Below are positions 19,683 to 28,874 of a DNA stretch of 64,000 nucleotides, piece by piece; position 1 is the first letter of the stretch, and each line of letters begins with the position of its first letter. Source of the stretch: Spirochaetia bacterium. GTDB taxonomy: Bacteria > Spirochaetota > Spirochaetia > SZUA-6 > Bin103. The stretch is taken from NCBI GenBank assembly GCA_965198005.1, contig CBDAOI010000003.1, positions 96,001 to 160,000 on the forward strand. The letters are read 5' to 3'. Below the pieces are notes generated by a model. The model searched no databases. It saw only the letters and a list, made by a program, of their open reading frames with translations, and had not been told where the DNA came from. The translations under genes were made by a program, and so were the position numbers.

Positions 19683-20336
19683 TTAGTTGGGAATGGTTTG
19701 TTTAGGCAGTGGCCGGCGCGCTCCGTCGGCTACTCTCGCGACGTGTGCCCCCAACCGCGGAAAGTCGCTGCTCCTGAACAGGCAGGTTACCGGGACCTTG
19801 TATTCGGTCCGCAGCGCGTCAATGGCGCCCTGTTCGCGATCGATGAGCCCCACGATTCCCACGATCATGTTCTTTGCCTCGAGCAATCTTTCGCAAGCAA
19901 GTCCCGTCGATCTTCCCGTCGTCATTACATCCTCCACGACCATGATCCTGGTGCCGGCGGGTTGTTCATTCTCGATGAAATTGCGGGTGCCATGTTGCTT
20001 GCGCTCTGGGCGAACGACACAGCCGTTGACCATCGGATGGCCGCGTTGCGCAGCGAGCTGGATCGTGGCAGCGACCAGGAAGTCGGCGCCGATCGAGAGC
20101 CCGCCGATTGCCGTCGGCGTGTCCTCCAGGCGACTTGCCGCGCTCAGGAACTCCTCGGCGATCAGATTGAGCACCTCGCCTTTCAGGACCGCACGTTTGC
20201 AGTCGAAGTAGAAATCGGACTGCTGTCCGGTGCTCAAGGTGAACGGGCCGCCGGTCTGAAGCAGGCACAGCTCGTCAATCCTGGTGCAGAGCCACTTCCT
20301 TGCCGGCGTCATCCCCCGGTCGCTGTCCTTGCTCAT
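19683..20336 (-). CDS. pyrE: orotate phosphoribosyltransferase-like PRTase (divergent)
   Basis: FTLSTGQQSDFYFD, RPERKQHGTRNFIE and PRPP-binding VVEDVMTTG motifs. Confidence 0.8.
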   Translation of the reverse strand: MSKDSDRGMTPARKWLCTRIDELCLLQTGGPFTLSTGQQSDFYFDCKRAVLKGEVLNLIAEEFLSAASRLEDTPTAIGGLSIGADFLVAATIQLAAQRGHPMVNGCVVRPERKQHGTRNFIENEQPAGTRIMVVEDVMTTGRSTGLACERLLEAKNMIVGIVGLIDREQGAIDALRTEYKVPVTCLFRSSDFPRLGAHVARVADGARRPLPKQTIPN

Positions 20337-20457
20337 CCGGCCCCCCTGCTCCCGCCGGTGGTAAACCGTCACGGCGGCCTTGTCAACCCCGAGCCGGCCG
20401 ACCGGCCGACCGACCGGCTTGCCTTTGGGTGCGCGCGCTTGTTAAGGTCGGTGGACC

Positions 20458-21249
20458 GTGGGAAGCATCGGTTTCATTGGCGGCGGCAACATGGGGTTGG
20501 CGCTGGCCGGGAGTCTGCAGCGCGCCGGGTTGGCGCCGCGGATCGTGGTGTTCGACCGGCTGGCGGTGCGGTGCGCACTGTTTGCGCGCGAGTTCAGCGG
20601 CGTAACCGTGGCCGCCGACGCGGGCGCGGTGTGCGCAGCCGCCGACCCGGTGTTCCTGGCGGTCAAGCCGCAGGACGTGGCGCCCGCGACCGCCGGGCTC
20701 GAAGCCGCCGAGGGGTTGATCATCTCGATCGTGGCCGGGGTGTCGCTGGAGGCGCTCGCGCAGCGCCTGCCGCGCGCCCGCCTGGTGCGGGTGATGCCCA
20801 ATACGCCGTGCCTGGTGGGCGCCATGGCCGCCGGGTTCGCGGTCGGGCCGGGTGTCACGGGCGCCGACCGCGCGCTGGTCGCGGGTCTGCTGGCCGCGGC
20901 CGGGCAGGCGCATGAGGTGCCGGAAGAACAGTTGGACGCGGTTACCGGGCTGAGCGGGTCCGGGCCGGCGTTCTTTGCCCGCCTGATCGAGTGGTTCAGC
21001 GCGGCCGGCGTGCGCCAGGGCCTGGACCCGGCGGTGGCGGGCGCGCTCACCATGCAGACCGCGCTCGGCACGGCGTTGCTGATGCGCGAGCGCGGCATCG
21101 CACCGGGCGACCTGGTGGAAATGGTCAGCTCACCCGGCGGCACCACCGTGGCCGGACGCCGCGAGCTGGAGGCGGGCGCCGTACAGGCCGCGCTCGAGCG
21201 CACCGTGCAGGCCGCCACCGAACGCAGCCGGGAGTTGGGAAGGGGATGA
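20458..21249 (+). CDS. proC: pyrroline-5-carboxylate reductase
   Basis: IGFIGGGNMG, LAVKPQ, RVMPNTP, TGLSGSGPA and VSSPGGTT motifs. Confidence 0.96.
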   Translation: MGSIGFIGGGNMGLALAGSLQRAGLAPRIVVFDRLAVRCALFAREFSGVTVAADAGAVCAAADPVFLAVKPQDVAPATAGLEAAEGLIISIVAGVSLEALAQRLPRARLVRVMPNTPCLVGAMAAGFAVGPGVTGADRALVAGLLAAAGQAHEVPEEQLDAVTGLSGSGPAFFARLIEWFSAAGVRQGLDPAVAGALTMQTALGTALLMRERGIAPGDLVEMVSSPGGTTVAGRRELEAGAVQAALERTVQAATERSRELGRG

Positions 21250-22586
21250 TGCAGGACACCGATTCGGCGGCCGTGCGGGAGATGGCACTCGCCGCCCGCG
21301 CCGCCAGCTACCGCACGGCCGCCGCCACCGAGGCGGCCAAGAACGCCGCCCTGGAACGGATCGCCGCCGGTCTGGAAGCGCAGCGTGAACCGATCCTGGC
21401 CGCCAACCGGGAGGATCTGGAGCAGGCCGCGGCCGCCGGCGTGGCGGCGCCGCTGGTGCAGCGGCTGGCGCTGGAAAAGAAGTTCGCCGGCACGGTCGCC
21501 GGCGTGCGCGACCTGATCCGCCTGTCCGATCCCGTGGGCGCCGTGCAGTGGCGGCGGCAGTTGGACGAGGGCATGGTGCTGGAGCGGGTAAGCGTCCCGA
21601 TCGGCGTGCTGGGCATCGTGTTCGAGTCGCGCCCCGACGCGCTGGTGCAGATCGCCACGCTGTGTCTCAAGTCGGGCAACGCGGTCATCCTCAAGGGCGG
21701 ATCGGAAGCCCAGCGCACCAACGCCGCCCTGTACGCGGTGATCCGCGACGCCTTGGCGGAGGACCCGGCGCTGGCCGGCGCGGTCCACCTGGCGGCCACG
21801 CGCGGCGAGATTCAGGCGCTGCTGGCGCTCGACGAGCTGGTGGATCTGCTCATCCCGCGCGGCAGCAACGAGCTGGTGCGCTCGATCCGCAACGCCACCC
21901 GCATCCCGGTGCTGGGCCACGCCGACGGGGTCTGCCACGTGTACGTCGACGCGGCCGCCGATCCGGCGATGGCGACGCGCATCGTGCGCGATGCCAAGGC
22001 GCAGTACCCGGCGGTGTGCAACGCGGCCGAGACCCTGCTCGTGCACCGGGCCGTCGCGGCGCGCTTCTTGCCGCCGGCGGCGGCCGAGCTGCGCGGCGCG
22101 GGCGTGGAGCTGCGCGGCGACCCGGCGGCCTGCGCCCTGATCGACGCCCGGCCCTGCACCGCGGCCGACTGGGACGCCGAATATCTGGACCTGGTGCTCG
22201 CGATCAAAGTGGTGGAGGACCTGGACGAGGCGATCCGGTTCATCAACCGGCACGGCAGCCATCACACCGACACCATCGTGACCGCCGACCCGGCCGCCGC
22301 GCACGCCTTTCTGGCGCGCGTGGACTCCGCCACCGTGCTGTGGAACGCCTCGACCCGGTTCGCGGACGGGTTCCGGTTCGGCATGGGCGCGGAGGTGGGA
22401 ATCTCGACCAACCGCATCCATGCGCGCGGGCCGGTGGGGCTGGACGGGCTGGTGACCTACAAGTACCGGGTGCTGGGCAGCGGGCAGATCGTGGCAGACT
22501 ACGTCAACGGCACGCGCGCGTTCCACTTCGCGGAGCTGGCGGACGGCGTTGCGGTACCGGGCGCGGCGCCGGTGGCGGCGTCATGA
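21246..22586 (+). CDS. proA: gamma-glutamyl phosphate reductase
   Basis: VPIGVLGIVFESRP, LKGGSEA, CNAAETLLV, GSHHTD and NASTRFADG..GISTNRIHARGPVG motifs. Confidence 0.97.
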   Translation: MMQDTDSAAVREMALAARAASYRTAAATEAAKNAALERIAAGLEAQREPILAANREDLEQAAAAGVAAPLVQRLALEKKFAGTVAGVRDLIRLSDPVGAVQWRRQLDEGMVLERVSVPIGVLGIVFESRPDALVQIATLCLKSGNAVILKGGSEAQRTNAALYAVIRDALAEDPALAGAVHLAATRGEIQALLALDELVDLLIPRGSNELVRSIRNATRIPVLGHADGVCHVYVDAAADPAMATRIVRDAKAQYPAVCNAAETLLVHRAVAARFLPPAAAELRGAGVELRGDPAACALIDARPCTAADWDAEYLDLVLAIKVVEDLDEAIRFINRHGSHHTDTIVTADPAAAHAFLARVDSATVLWNASTRFADGFRFGMGAEVGISTNRIHARGPVGLDGLVTYKYRVLGSGQIVADYVNGTRAFHFAELADGVAVPGAAPVAAS

Positions 22587-23434
22587 CCCGCCTGATCAAG
22601 ATCGGCAGCGGGCTGATCGGGCCGGAGGGACGGGTCGATCACGCGTTTCTCGAGGCGAAGTGCGCCGAAATCGCGGAACTGATGGATGCCGGCGACCGCA
22701 TCGTGGTGGTGAGCTCGGGCGCGGTGGCGGCCGGCATGGAGGTGGCGCAGCGCACCCACCGGCCGATGGAGACGCTGGAGCTGCAGTTTCTGGCCGGGAT
22801 CGGCCAGACCCGGCTGATGAAGTACTACCGCGACTACTTTCACCGGTTCGATCGCCAGACCGCCCAACTCCTGCTCACCCACTACAATTTTGCCACCCCG
22901 CGCGAAGAGCGCACCATCACCCATCTGTTGTTGACCTATCTGGAACGGGGGGTGGTGCCGATCGTGAACGAGAACGATCTGGTCAACAAGGAAGAGCTGG
23001 AGCACCGCGGCCACTTTACCGACAACGACATTCTGGCGGCGCTGGTGGCCGAGCGGGTGCACGTGGATCAGGCGTTGCTGCTGACCGACGTGGCCGGGCT
23101 GATGCGCCGCAAACCTGGCTCGGATACGGTGGAGCCGGACGGCCTGATTCGGACTGTAGAAGCGGTTGACGGCGGCGTGAAGGCGATGGCGCGCGGCGCG
23201 CGCTCGCGCGAGGGGCTCGGCGGCATGTACTCCAAGGTGATCGCCGCCGAGCGCATGACGGCGCGGGGCATCGAGGTGATCGTCGGGAACGGACGGCTGC
23301 CGCTGGCCACGCTGATCGGAGACCCGGCACAGCGCACGTTGTTCCGCGCCGCCGGGCACACCGCGCAGGCGGCGGCCGTGGAGTGGCCGTTGGAGGAAGC
23401 CGGGACTCCGGTGGCGGCGCCGGCGGCGCCGTGA
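22583..23434 (+). CDS. proB: glutamate 5-kinase, short form without PUA domain
   Basis: IKIGS, VSSGAVAAG, PIVNEND, DNDILAA and GGMYSK motifs. Confidence 0.93.
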   Translation: MTRLIKIGSGLIGPEGRVDHAFLEAKCAEIAELMDAGDRIVVVSSGAVAAGMEVAQRTHRPMETLELQFLAGIGQTRLMKYYRDYFHRFDRQTAQLLLTHYNFATPREERTITHLLLTYLERGVVPIVNENDLVNKEELEHRGHFTDNDILAALVAERVHVDQALLLTDVAGLMRRKPGSDTVEPDGLIRTVEAVDGGVKAMARGARSREGLGGMYSKVIAAERMTARGIEVIVGNGRLPLATLIGDPAQRTLFRAAGHTAQAAAVEWPLEEAGTPVAAPAAP

Positions 23435-23585
23435 GCGCGCTGGAGCAGTACCCCGGAGCGGTCGCGGCGGGAACCACGCTCGCGGCCGACGAGGCGCAAG
23501 CGTGCGCGGACGCGGTGTTCGCGGCCGGGGCGGCGGAGGTCGAGCAGGTCGCCGCGCTGCTGCAGGCGCTCGCCACGCCCGCCAG
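23431..23585 (+). pseudogene. N-terminal fragment resembling anthranilate phosphoribosyltransferase (TrpD)
   Basis: GTGA-coupled to proB. GTTLAADEAQACADAVF..EQVAALLQAL matches the TrpD N-terminal helical pattern, then the similarity is lost. Confidence 0.5.
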
Positions 23586-23732
23586 ATCGCGCTCTACCGC
23601 GCGCACACCCCGCCGCCACCGCCTGATCCGCCCGGCGTCCCAAGCCCGCACCAGTCGTTATCCGGCTATCTGTCGGCTATCCGACAAAACTCCTGGTTCT
23701 TCACCGCCGATATCTGCTATACTTTGAAGAAC

Positions 23733-24785
23733 GTGGTAGACAACACATCGGATCAGGGCCGGAGTACGCAGGCCACGCGCGAGTCGCGTGCCCTGCAGGC
23801 GGGGCTGCGGCGGTTTCGGCGGCCGTCATTGGCGAGAAGCGTCGGTCAGATCGTTACGTCATTCGTCCCCTACGTGGTGGGGCTCGTCGCCATGGGAGCC
23901 ATTGCTCAGGTCTCCTACCTGCTCTGCCTGCTTCTCGCCTTACCGACGGCAGGGTTTCTGATCCGCGTCTTCATCATCTTCCATGATGCCGGACATGGGG
24001 CTTTTTTCCGCCGCAGCCGCTGGAATCGCGTGATCGGGTATCTCGCGGGCATCCTCACCATCACCCCGTTCCGGAACTGGACATACGAGCATGCGAGGCA
24101 CCATGCGACCGCCAGCGATCTGGATCGGCGTGATCTCGGTGCCATCTGGACCATGACCGTGAACGAGTTCGTGGCCGCCCCGCGGCGCCGGCGGCTGGCG
24201 TACCGGGTATTCCGCAATCCGTTCGTGCTGTTCTTCCTGCTGGCACCGGTCGCGTTCCTGTTCACTCACCGCATTCCGCGGAGGGGAATGAGCAACCGTG
24301 CCAAGTGGGCGCTCATCTGGAGCAACGTCGGCATGGCGTTGTTCGTGGTGGCAATGTCGTGGCCGTTCGGCTTCACCAGCTTCGTGCTCGTATTCACGCC
24401 GGTGGCCACGCTGGCATCGACTTTCGGAACCTGGCTGTTCTACGTGCAGCATCAGTTCGAGGGGGCCTACTGGAGCCGCCACGAGAGCTGGGACTTCGCC
24501 AGAGCAGCACTCGCCGGCTCGTCCTATCTGGCGTTGCCGCGGGTGCTGCAATGGTTCACCGGCAACATCGGGTTCCACCACGTCCACCACCTGGACCCGC
24601 GCATTCCCAATTACCACCTCGAGCGCGCTCACCGTGCGCACCCGCTGCTGCGCGAGGTGCCGGCACTGCGGCTACGCGACACCCTGCACTGTCTATCGGT
24701 GCGCCTGTACGACGAGGCGACCCGCCAGATGGTCAGCTTCCGCGAGGGGCTGCGGCGCGCTCGTCTGGCCCCGACCGCGGGTTAG
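23733..24785 (+). CDS. membrane fatty acid desaturase (Bacillus Des-like)
   Basis: Three His boxes: HDAGH, HARHH and HHVHH. FYVQHQFE and IPNYHL also present. Start is approximate. Confidence 0.92.
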   Translation: MVDNTSDQGRSTQATRESRALQAGLRRFRRPSLARSVGQIVTSFVPYVVGLVAMGAIAQVSYLLCLLLALPTAGFLIRVFIIFHDAGHGAFFRRSRWNRVIGYLAGILTITPFRNWTYEHARHHATASDLDRRDLGAIWTMTVNEFVAAPRRRRLAYRVFRNPFVLFFLLAPVAFLFTHRIPRRGMSNRAKWALIWSNVGMALFVVAMSWPFGFTSFVLVFTPVATLASTFGTWLFYVQHQFEGAYWSRHESWDFARAALAGSSYLALPRVLQWFTGNIGFHHVHHLDPRIPNYHLERAHRAHPLLREVPALRLRDTLHCLSVRLYDEATRQMVSFREGLRRARLAPTAG

Positions 24786-25044
24786 CTGGCTTGGCTAGTG
24801 TTACTGGCTGACCATCGCAGCCCAGCAGCGGCGCAACGTATCGGTCCACCGCTACGGCATGCCCTGCTTCTTCACGTGTTTTAACGTGTTTTCTCAAAGT
24901 GTGCTCCGTAATCTCTGCCGTCCGTTCGATCAGCTCTGGTACATCTTCAGCGCTCTGAGACTTCAGCAGAGCTGGCAAATACGCCCTCTTCACCTCCAGC
25001 ATTGACCGAAAGCGCCCATCAGTCGTCGCCTTCTCGTTTGCCAT
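24733..25044 (-). CDS. small hypothetical protein in a low-GC islet
   Basis: ATG preceded by GGAGGTG. The ORF tail overlaps the desaturase end. Confidence 0.45.
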   Translation of the reverse strand: MANEKATTDGRFRSMLEVKRAYLPALLKSQSAEDVPELIERTAEITEHTLRKHVKTREEAGHAVAVDRYVAPLLGCDGQPVTLAKPANPRSGPDERAAAPRGS

Positions 25045-25253
25045 TTCGCACCTCCCGAAAATAATTTACGAAGAAGCTCTGGTTGACTTCATGTCAGGTT
25101 GACCAGGGATTCGCCCATCGCTGCAAGATCATTCAGGTTCCGGGAAATATCTGCGTCGGGAAGTAGGTTCTCAAAGACCGTCTTCTTGATGCGATCGCGA
25201 TCGTGGGCGCGTATTGTTTTCGAATCTCCGCGTATGTCGCGCATATCCGCGGG

Positions 25254-26540
25254 TCAGGCGCCGGCGGTGGTGAGGGCGGCGGCGAGGGCGGTGCAGTCGG
25301 CGGGGGTGTGGGCGGTGGAGAGGAACGCCACCTCGTAGCCGGAGGGCGGCAGGTAGAGGCCGCGCTGCAGGAAGCCGGCGTAGGCGCGGTTGAAGCGGTC
25401 GATGGCGGTTGCCTCGATCTGGTGCGGGGCGCGCGGCGGCGCGGAGTCCGCGTAATAGGGCCAGAGGATCGAGCCGCAGGTGACGAGTTGCAGCCGCGAC
25501 GGGGCGGCGGCGCGCACCGCCGTGGCCGCGGCCGCGGCCAGCTCGGCCAGGGAGGTGTACACGGCGGGCGTCTGCAGCTCCTGCAGCGTGGCGATGCCGG
25601 CCGCCACCGACAGCGGGTTGCCGCTGAGCGTGCCGGCCTGGTAGACCGGGCCGAGCGGGGCCAGCTGTTCCAGCAGGCGCGCGCCGCCGGCGACGGCGCC
25701 GATCGGCATGCCGCCGCCGATGATCTTGCCCAGGGTGACCAGATCCGGCTGCAGCCGCTCGGCGGCGACCGAGGCGCCGTAGCGCTGGCGGAACCCGCTG
25801 ATCACCTCGTCGGCGACCACCAACGCGCCGGCGCGGCGCGCCTCGGCGGCGACGTGATCGAGGAACTCGGGCCGCTGCAACAGCAGCCCGTTGTTGGCCG
25901 GAATCGGCTCCAGGATGACCGCCGCCAGCTCGCGGCCGTGGGCGGCGAAGGCGGCGGACACCGAGTCCTCGTCGTCCAGGCGCGCGACCACGGTGGCCGC
26001 GGCGACGGCGGGCGGCACCCCGGCGGAGCTGGCGAGGCCGGTGGTCGCCAGCCCGGACCCGGCCTTGACCAGCAGGCTGTCGTGATGGCCGTGGTAGCCG
26101 CCCTCGAACTTGAGGATGCGCGGCCGGCCGGTCGCCGCGCGCGCGATGCGCAACGCGGTCATCACCGCTTCCGTCCCGGAGCTCAGCAGCCGCACCCGCT
26201 CTGCCGCCGGGTAGCCGTCGAGAATCAGCCGGGCCAGCTCCGCCTCGCCGGCGTGGCAGGCGCCGAACGAGAGGCCGCGCGCGGCCGCGGCCTGCACCGC
26301 CTCCACCACGCGCGGATGGGCGTGGCCGAGAATCAGCGGCCCCCAGGACTGACAGAAGTCGACGTATTCAATGCCGTCGGCGTCCCGGATGCGGCTCCCG
26401 TCGCCGGCGGCGAAGAATACCGGAGCGCCGCCCACCGCACCGAACGCGCGCACCGGGCTGTTCACGCCGCCCACCAGCAGCGACCGGGCGCGCTCGAACA
26501 GGCGCCGGGACTGCGCGCGCCTCGAGTCGTCGTTCATCAT
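25254..26540 (-). CDS. hemL: glutamate-1-semialdehyde 2,1-aminomutase
   Basis: GGVNSPVRAF, SWGPLILGH, SGTEAVM, GGYHGH, DEVISGFR, LGKIIGGGMP and YQAGTLSGNP motifs. Confidence 0.97.
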   Translation of the reverse strand: MMNDDSRRAQSRRLFERARSLLVGGVNSPVRAFGAVGGAPVFFAAGDGSRIRDADGIEYVDFCQSWGPLILGHAHPRVVEAVQAAAARGLSFGACHAGEAELARLILDGYPAAERVRLLSSGTEAVMTALRIARAATGRPRILKFEGGYHGHHDSLLVKAGSGLATTGLASSAGVPPAVAAATVVARLDDEDSVSAAFAAHGRELAAVILEPIPANNGLLLQRPEFLDHVAAEARRAGALVVADEVISGFRQRYGASVAAERLQPDLVTLGKIIGGGMPIGAVAGGARLLEQLAPLGPVYQAGTLSGNPLSVAAGIATLQELQTPAVYTSLAELAAAAATAVRAAAPSRLQLVTCGSILWPYYADSAPPRAPHQIEATAIDRFNRAYAGFLQRGLYLPPSGYEVAFLSTAHTPADCTALAAALTTAGA

Positions 26541-27580
26541 GCTTCCTCGTTGGTCCAGTGCTCCACCGCCGCCGGCGCTGCCGGCACCCCCGGGACACGG
26601 CCCCCGGCGGCCCAGGCGGCGAGCGCACGGTGACAGCCGGCGGCCGAGTCCTCGAGGGTGTAGGCTCGCCACCCGGCGGCATCCGTGCTGCCTGCGCCAT
26701 CGGCCTCACCGGAAAAGCCGAAGTATAGCCGCCAACCGGAGTCGCGGCCGGCCGCCGCGGCCGACTCGGCCGACACGGCGCGGGCGTAAGCGCCGAACCC
26801 GGCGCCGCAGCCGCCGCCGTGCGCCTGCAGCGCGACGCGCTCCAGCGTCACCGCGGTCCGGGTCGGCGCGTGGTCGATGGCGGCCAACAGCGCGGCCAGG
26901 AGCGCGGCCGCGGGCCCGTGCGCGCGGGTCTGGACCGCGATCGCCCCCTGCCCCGGCGCCGGCGGCCACTGCTCCGGCGGCAGCACCACCCGGCGCAGCC
27001 CGTGGGCCGGGTCGTCGCCGGCCGCCGCCAGCCGCTCGAGACCGGCGCGGGCCAGCACTACCGCGGCCACCGACCCGGCGCGGCAGCGGCGGACGCGGGT
27101 AGGGACGTTGCCGCGTAGCGCGGCCACCTCGACGCCGGGCGCGTAGTGGCGGAGCAGCGCGGCGCGCCGCGGCGAGCCGGTGCCGACCGCGGCTCCCGGC
27201 GGCAGGCCGAGCGGCGCGGCGGCGGCGAAGCGGCGCGGATCGATCAGCAGCAGGTCGGCGGCGGGCGCGCGCGGCAGCACCGCGGCGACGACCAGCCCGT
27301 CCGGATCGTGCACCGGCAGGTCTTTCAGCGAATGGACCGCCGCGTCGGCCCTGCCGTCACGCACCGCCGCGCTCAACGCGCTGGTGAACACGCCCGGCTC
27401 GGCGCGCGCCAAGTCAGCCAGCGGCGCCGCCCCGCCGGCACCCTCGTCGCCGCGGCTCGAGACCGGCACGATCCGGCAAACGCCGGCGCCGTGCTCCGCC
27501 AGCGCGCGCTGCACCAGGCGGGCCTGGGCCAGGGCCAGCGCGCTGCCGCGGGTGGCCAGCACCAGTTCCCGCGCCGCCAC
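26537..27580 (-). CDS. hemC: hydroxymethylbilane synthase
   Basis: ATRGSALALAQ, AVHSLKDLP, GTGSPRR, LRGNVPTR, PAPGQGA and GGC motifs. Confidence 0.95.
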   Translation of the reverse strand: MAARELVLATRGSALALAQARLVQRALAEHGAGVCRIVPVSSRGDEGAGGAAPLADLARAEPGVFTSALSAAVRDGRADAAVHSLKDLPVHDPDGLVVAAVLPRAPAADLLLIDPRRFAAAAPLGLPPGAAVGTGSPRRAALLRHYAPGVEVAALRGNVPTRVRRCRAGSVAAVVLARAGLERLAAAGDDPAHGLRRVVLPPEQWPPAPGQGAIAVQTRAHGPAAALLAALLAAIDHAPTRTAVTLERVALQAHGGGCGAGFGAYARAVSAESAAAAGRDSGWRLYFGFSGEADGAGSTDAAGWRAYTLEDSAAGCHRALAAWAAGGRVPGVPAAPAAVEHWTNEEA

Positions 27581-27617
27581 GTTACGCTAGCCCCTCGGCG
27601 CCCGGACGCACCCGGCG

Positions 27618-27722
27618 CACCGCACGCACAGCACCCATTCACTCACCGGGCGCCGCGCCGCACGCACAGCACCCACCTCACGCGCCTTACCCGCCTGATG
27701 CACCTTACCCGCCTGACCCGCC
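27618..27722. repeat. intergenic short direct repeats
   Basis: CCGCACGCACAGCACCCA occurs twice and CCTTACCCGCCTGA occurs twice between bshA and hemC. Confidence 0.75.
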
Positions 27723-28874
27723 GGGCGCCCCGGCAGGTCCCGCCGCGGGCAACCCCAGCACCGCGCGGTACAGGGCCTCGAACTGCGGCACCACCAGCGC
27801 GCTGCTGAAGCGGCGCGCGTGGTCGCGCCCCGCGGCGCTGCAGCGCCGATGCAGCGCCGCGTCGGTCAGCAGCTCGGTGGCGCGCGCGGCCATGCCGTCG
27901 ACGTCCCCGGGGCGCAGCAGATACCCTGCCCCACCATCGGGCACCACTTCCGGAATCCCGCCGGTACGGGAGGCCACCACCGGCACACCGCTCGCCATCG
28001 CCTCCAGCGCCACCAGGCCGAAGCTCTCGGATGCGCTCGGCAGCAACAGCAGGTCGGTCTGCCGCAGGAACGGCGCGACGTCGTCCACCACGCCGACGGT
28101 GGAGACCTGCCCGGCCACGCCCCGCGTGCGCGCCAGCGCCAGCGCCCGGCTCAGGTCCGGGCCGTCGCCCACCAAGGTCAGGTGCGCGTCCACCCGCGCC
28201 CGCACGCGCGCGAAGATCTCGATCACGTCGGCCGCCCGCTTCACCGGGCGGAAGTTGGAGATGTGCAGGATGCGCCGCGGCGCGGATCCCCCGGATTCGC
28301 CTACCCCCGGCCCCGGCTCCGGATCGTGGGCCCTGCGGTAGTGCTCGAGATCGACGCAGTTGGGGATGACCACGATCGCGCGCCGTACCTGAAACGTCTC
28401 GATCGTTTCCTCGCGCAGGTACTGCGATACCGTGGTCACCGCGTCGGACTGCTCGATCGAGAACCGCGTGACCGGATGGAAATACGGCGCCGCCCCGACC
28501 AGCGTCGTGTCGGTGCCGTGCAGGGTGGTCACCACCTTGAGGTTGAGCTCCGGCGCCATCTGGCGGGCCAGAATCGCCGCCGGGGAGAACGGAATCGCGT
28601 AGTGCACGTGCAGCAACTCGAGCCGGTTGGCGGTGGCCACCTCCACCATCTTGGCCGCCAGCGCCAGGGTGTACGGATACTGCTTGAGCAGCGGGTACTC
28701 CTCGGCCTGCACCTCGTGGAAGGTGACGCGCGGCGGCAGCTCGACCAGGCGCAGCGGCACCGAGTAGCTGATGAAGGAGACCGTGTGGCCGCGCAGGGCG
28801 AGCTGCTTGCCCAGCTCGGTGGCGAACACGCCGCTGCCGCCGTGCGTCGGGTAGCAGGTGATACCTAGGCGCAC
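27705..28874 (-). CDS. bshA: N-acetyl-alpha-D-glucosaminyl L-malate synthase (GT4)
   Basis: GITCYPTHGGSGVFATELG, HVHYAIP, TTLHGTD, HISNFRPVKR and ESFGLVALEAM motifs. Confidence 0.93.
   Translation of the reverse strand: MRLGITCYPTHGGSGVFATELGKQLALRGHTVSFISYSVPLRLVELPPRVTFHEVQAEEYPLLKQYPYTLALAAKMVEVATANRLELLHVHYAIPFSPAAILARQMAPELNLKVVTTLHGTDTTLVGAAPYFHPVTRFSIEQSDAVTTVSQYLREETIETFQVRRAIVVIPNCVDLEHYRRAHDPEPGPGVGESGGSAPRRILHISNFRPVKRAADVIEIFARVRARVDAHLTLVGDGPDLSRALALARTRGVAGQVSTVGVVDDVAPFLRQTDLLLLPSASESFGLVALEAMASGVPVVASRTGGIPEVVPDGGAGYLLRPGDVDGMAARATELLTDAALHRRCSAAGRDHARRFSSALVVPQFEALYRAVLGLPAAGPAGAPGGSGG

Noticed and set aside
19670-19690. Possible copy of the argA 3' end (GCCGCGCTTAG vs GCCACGCTTTAG)
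   Set aside because: Too short and degenerate to distinguish from chance in GC-rich DNA.
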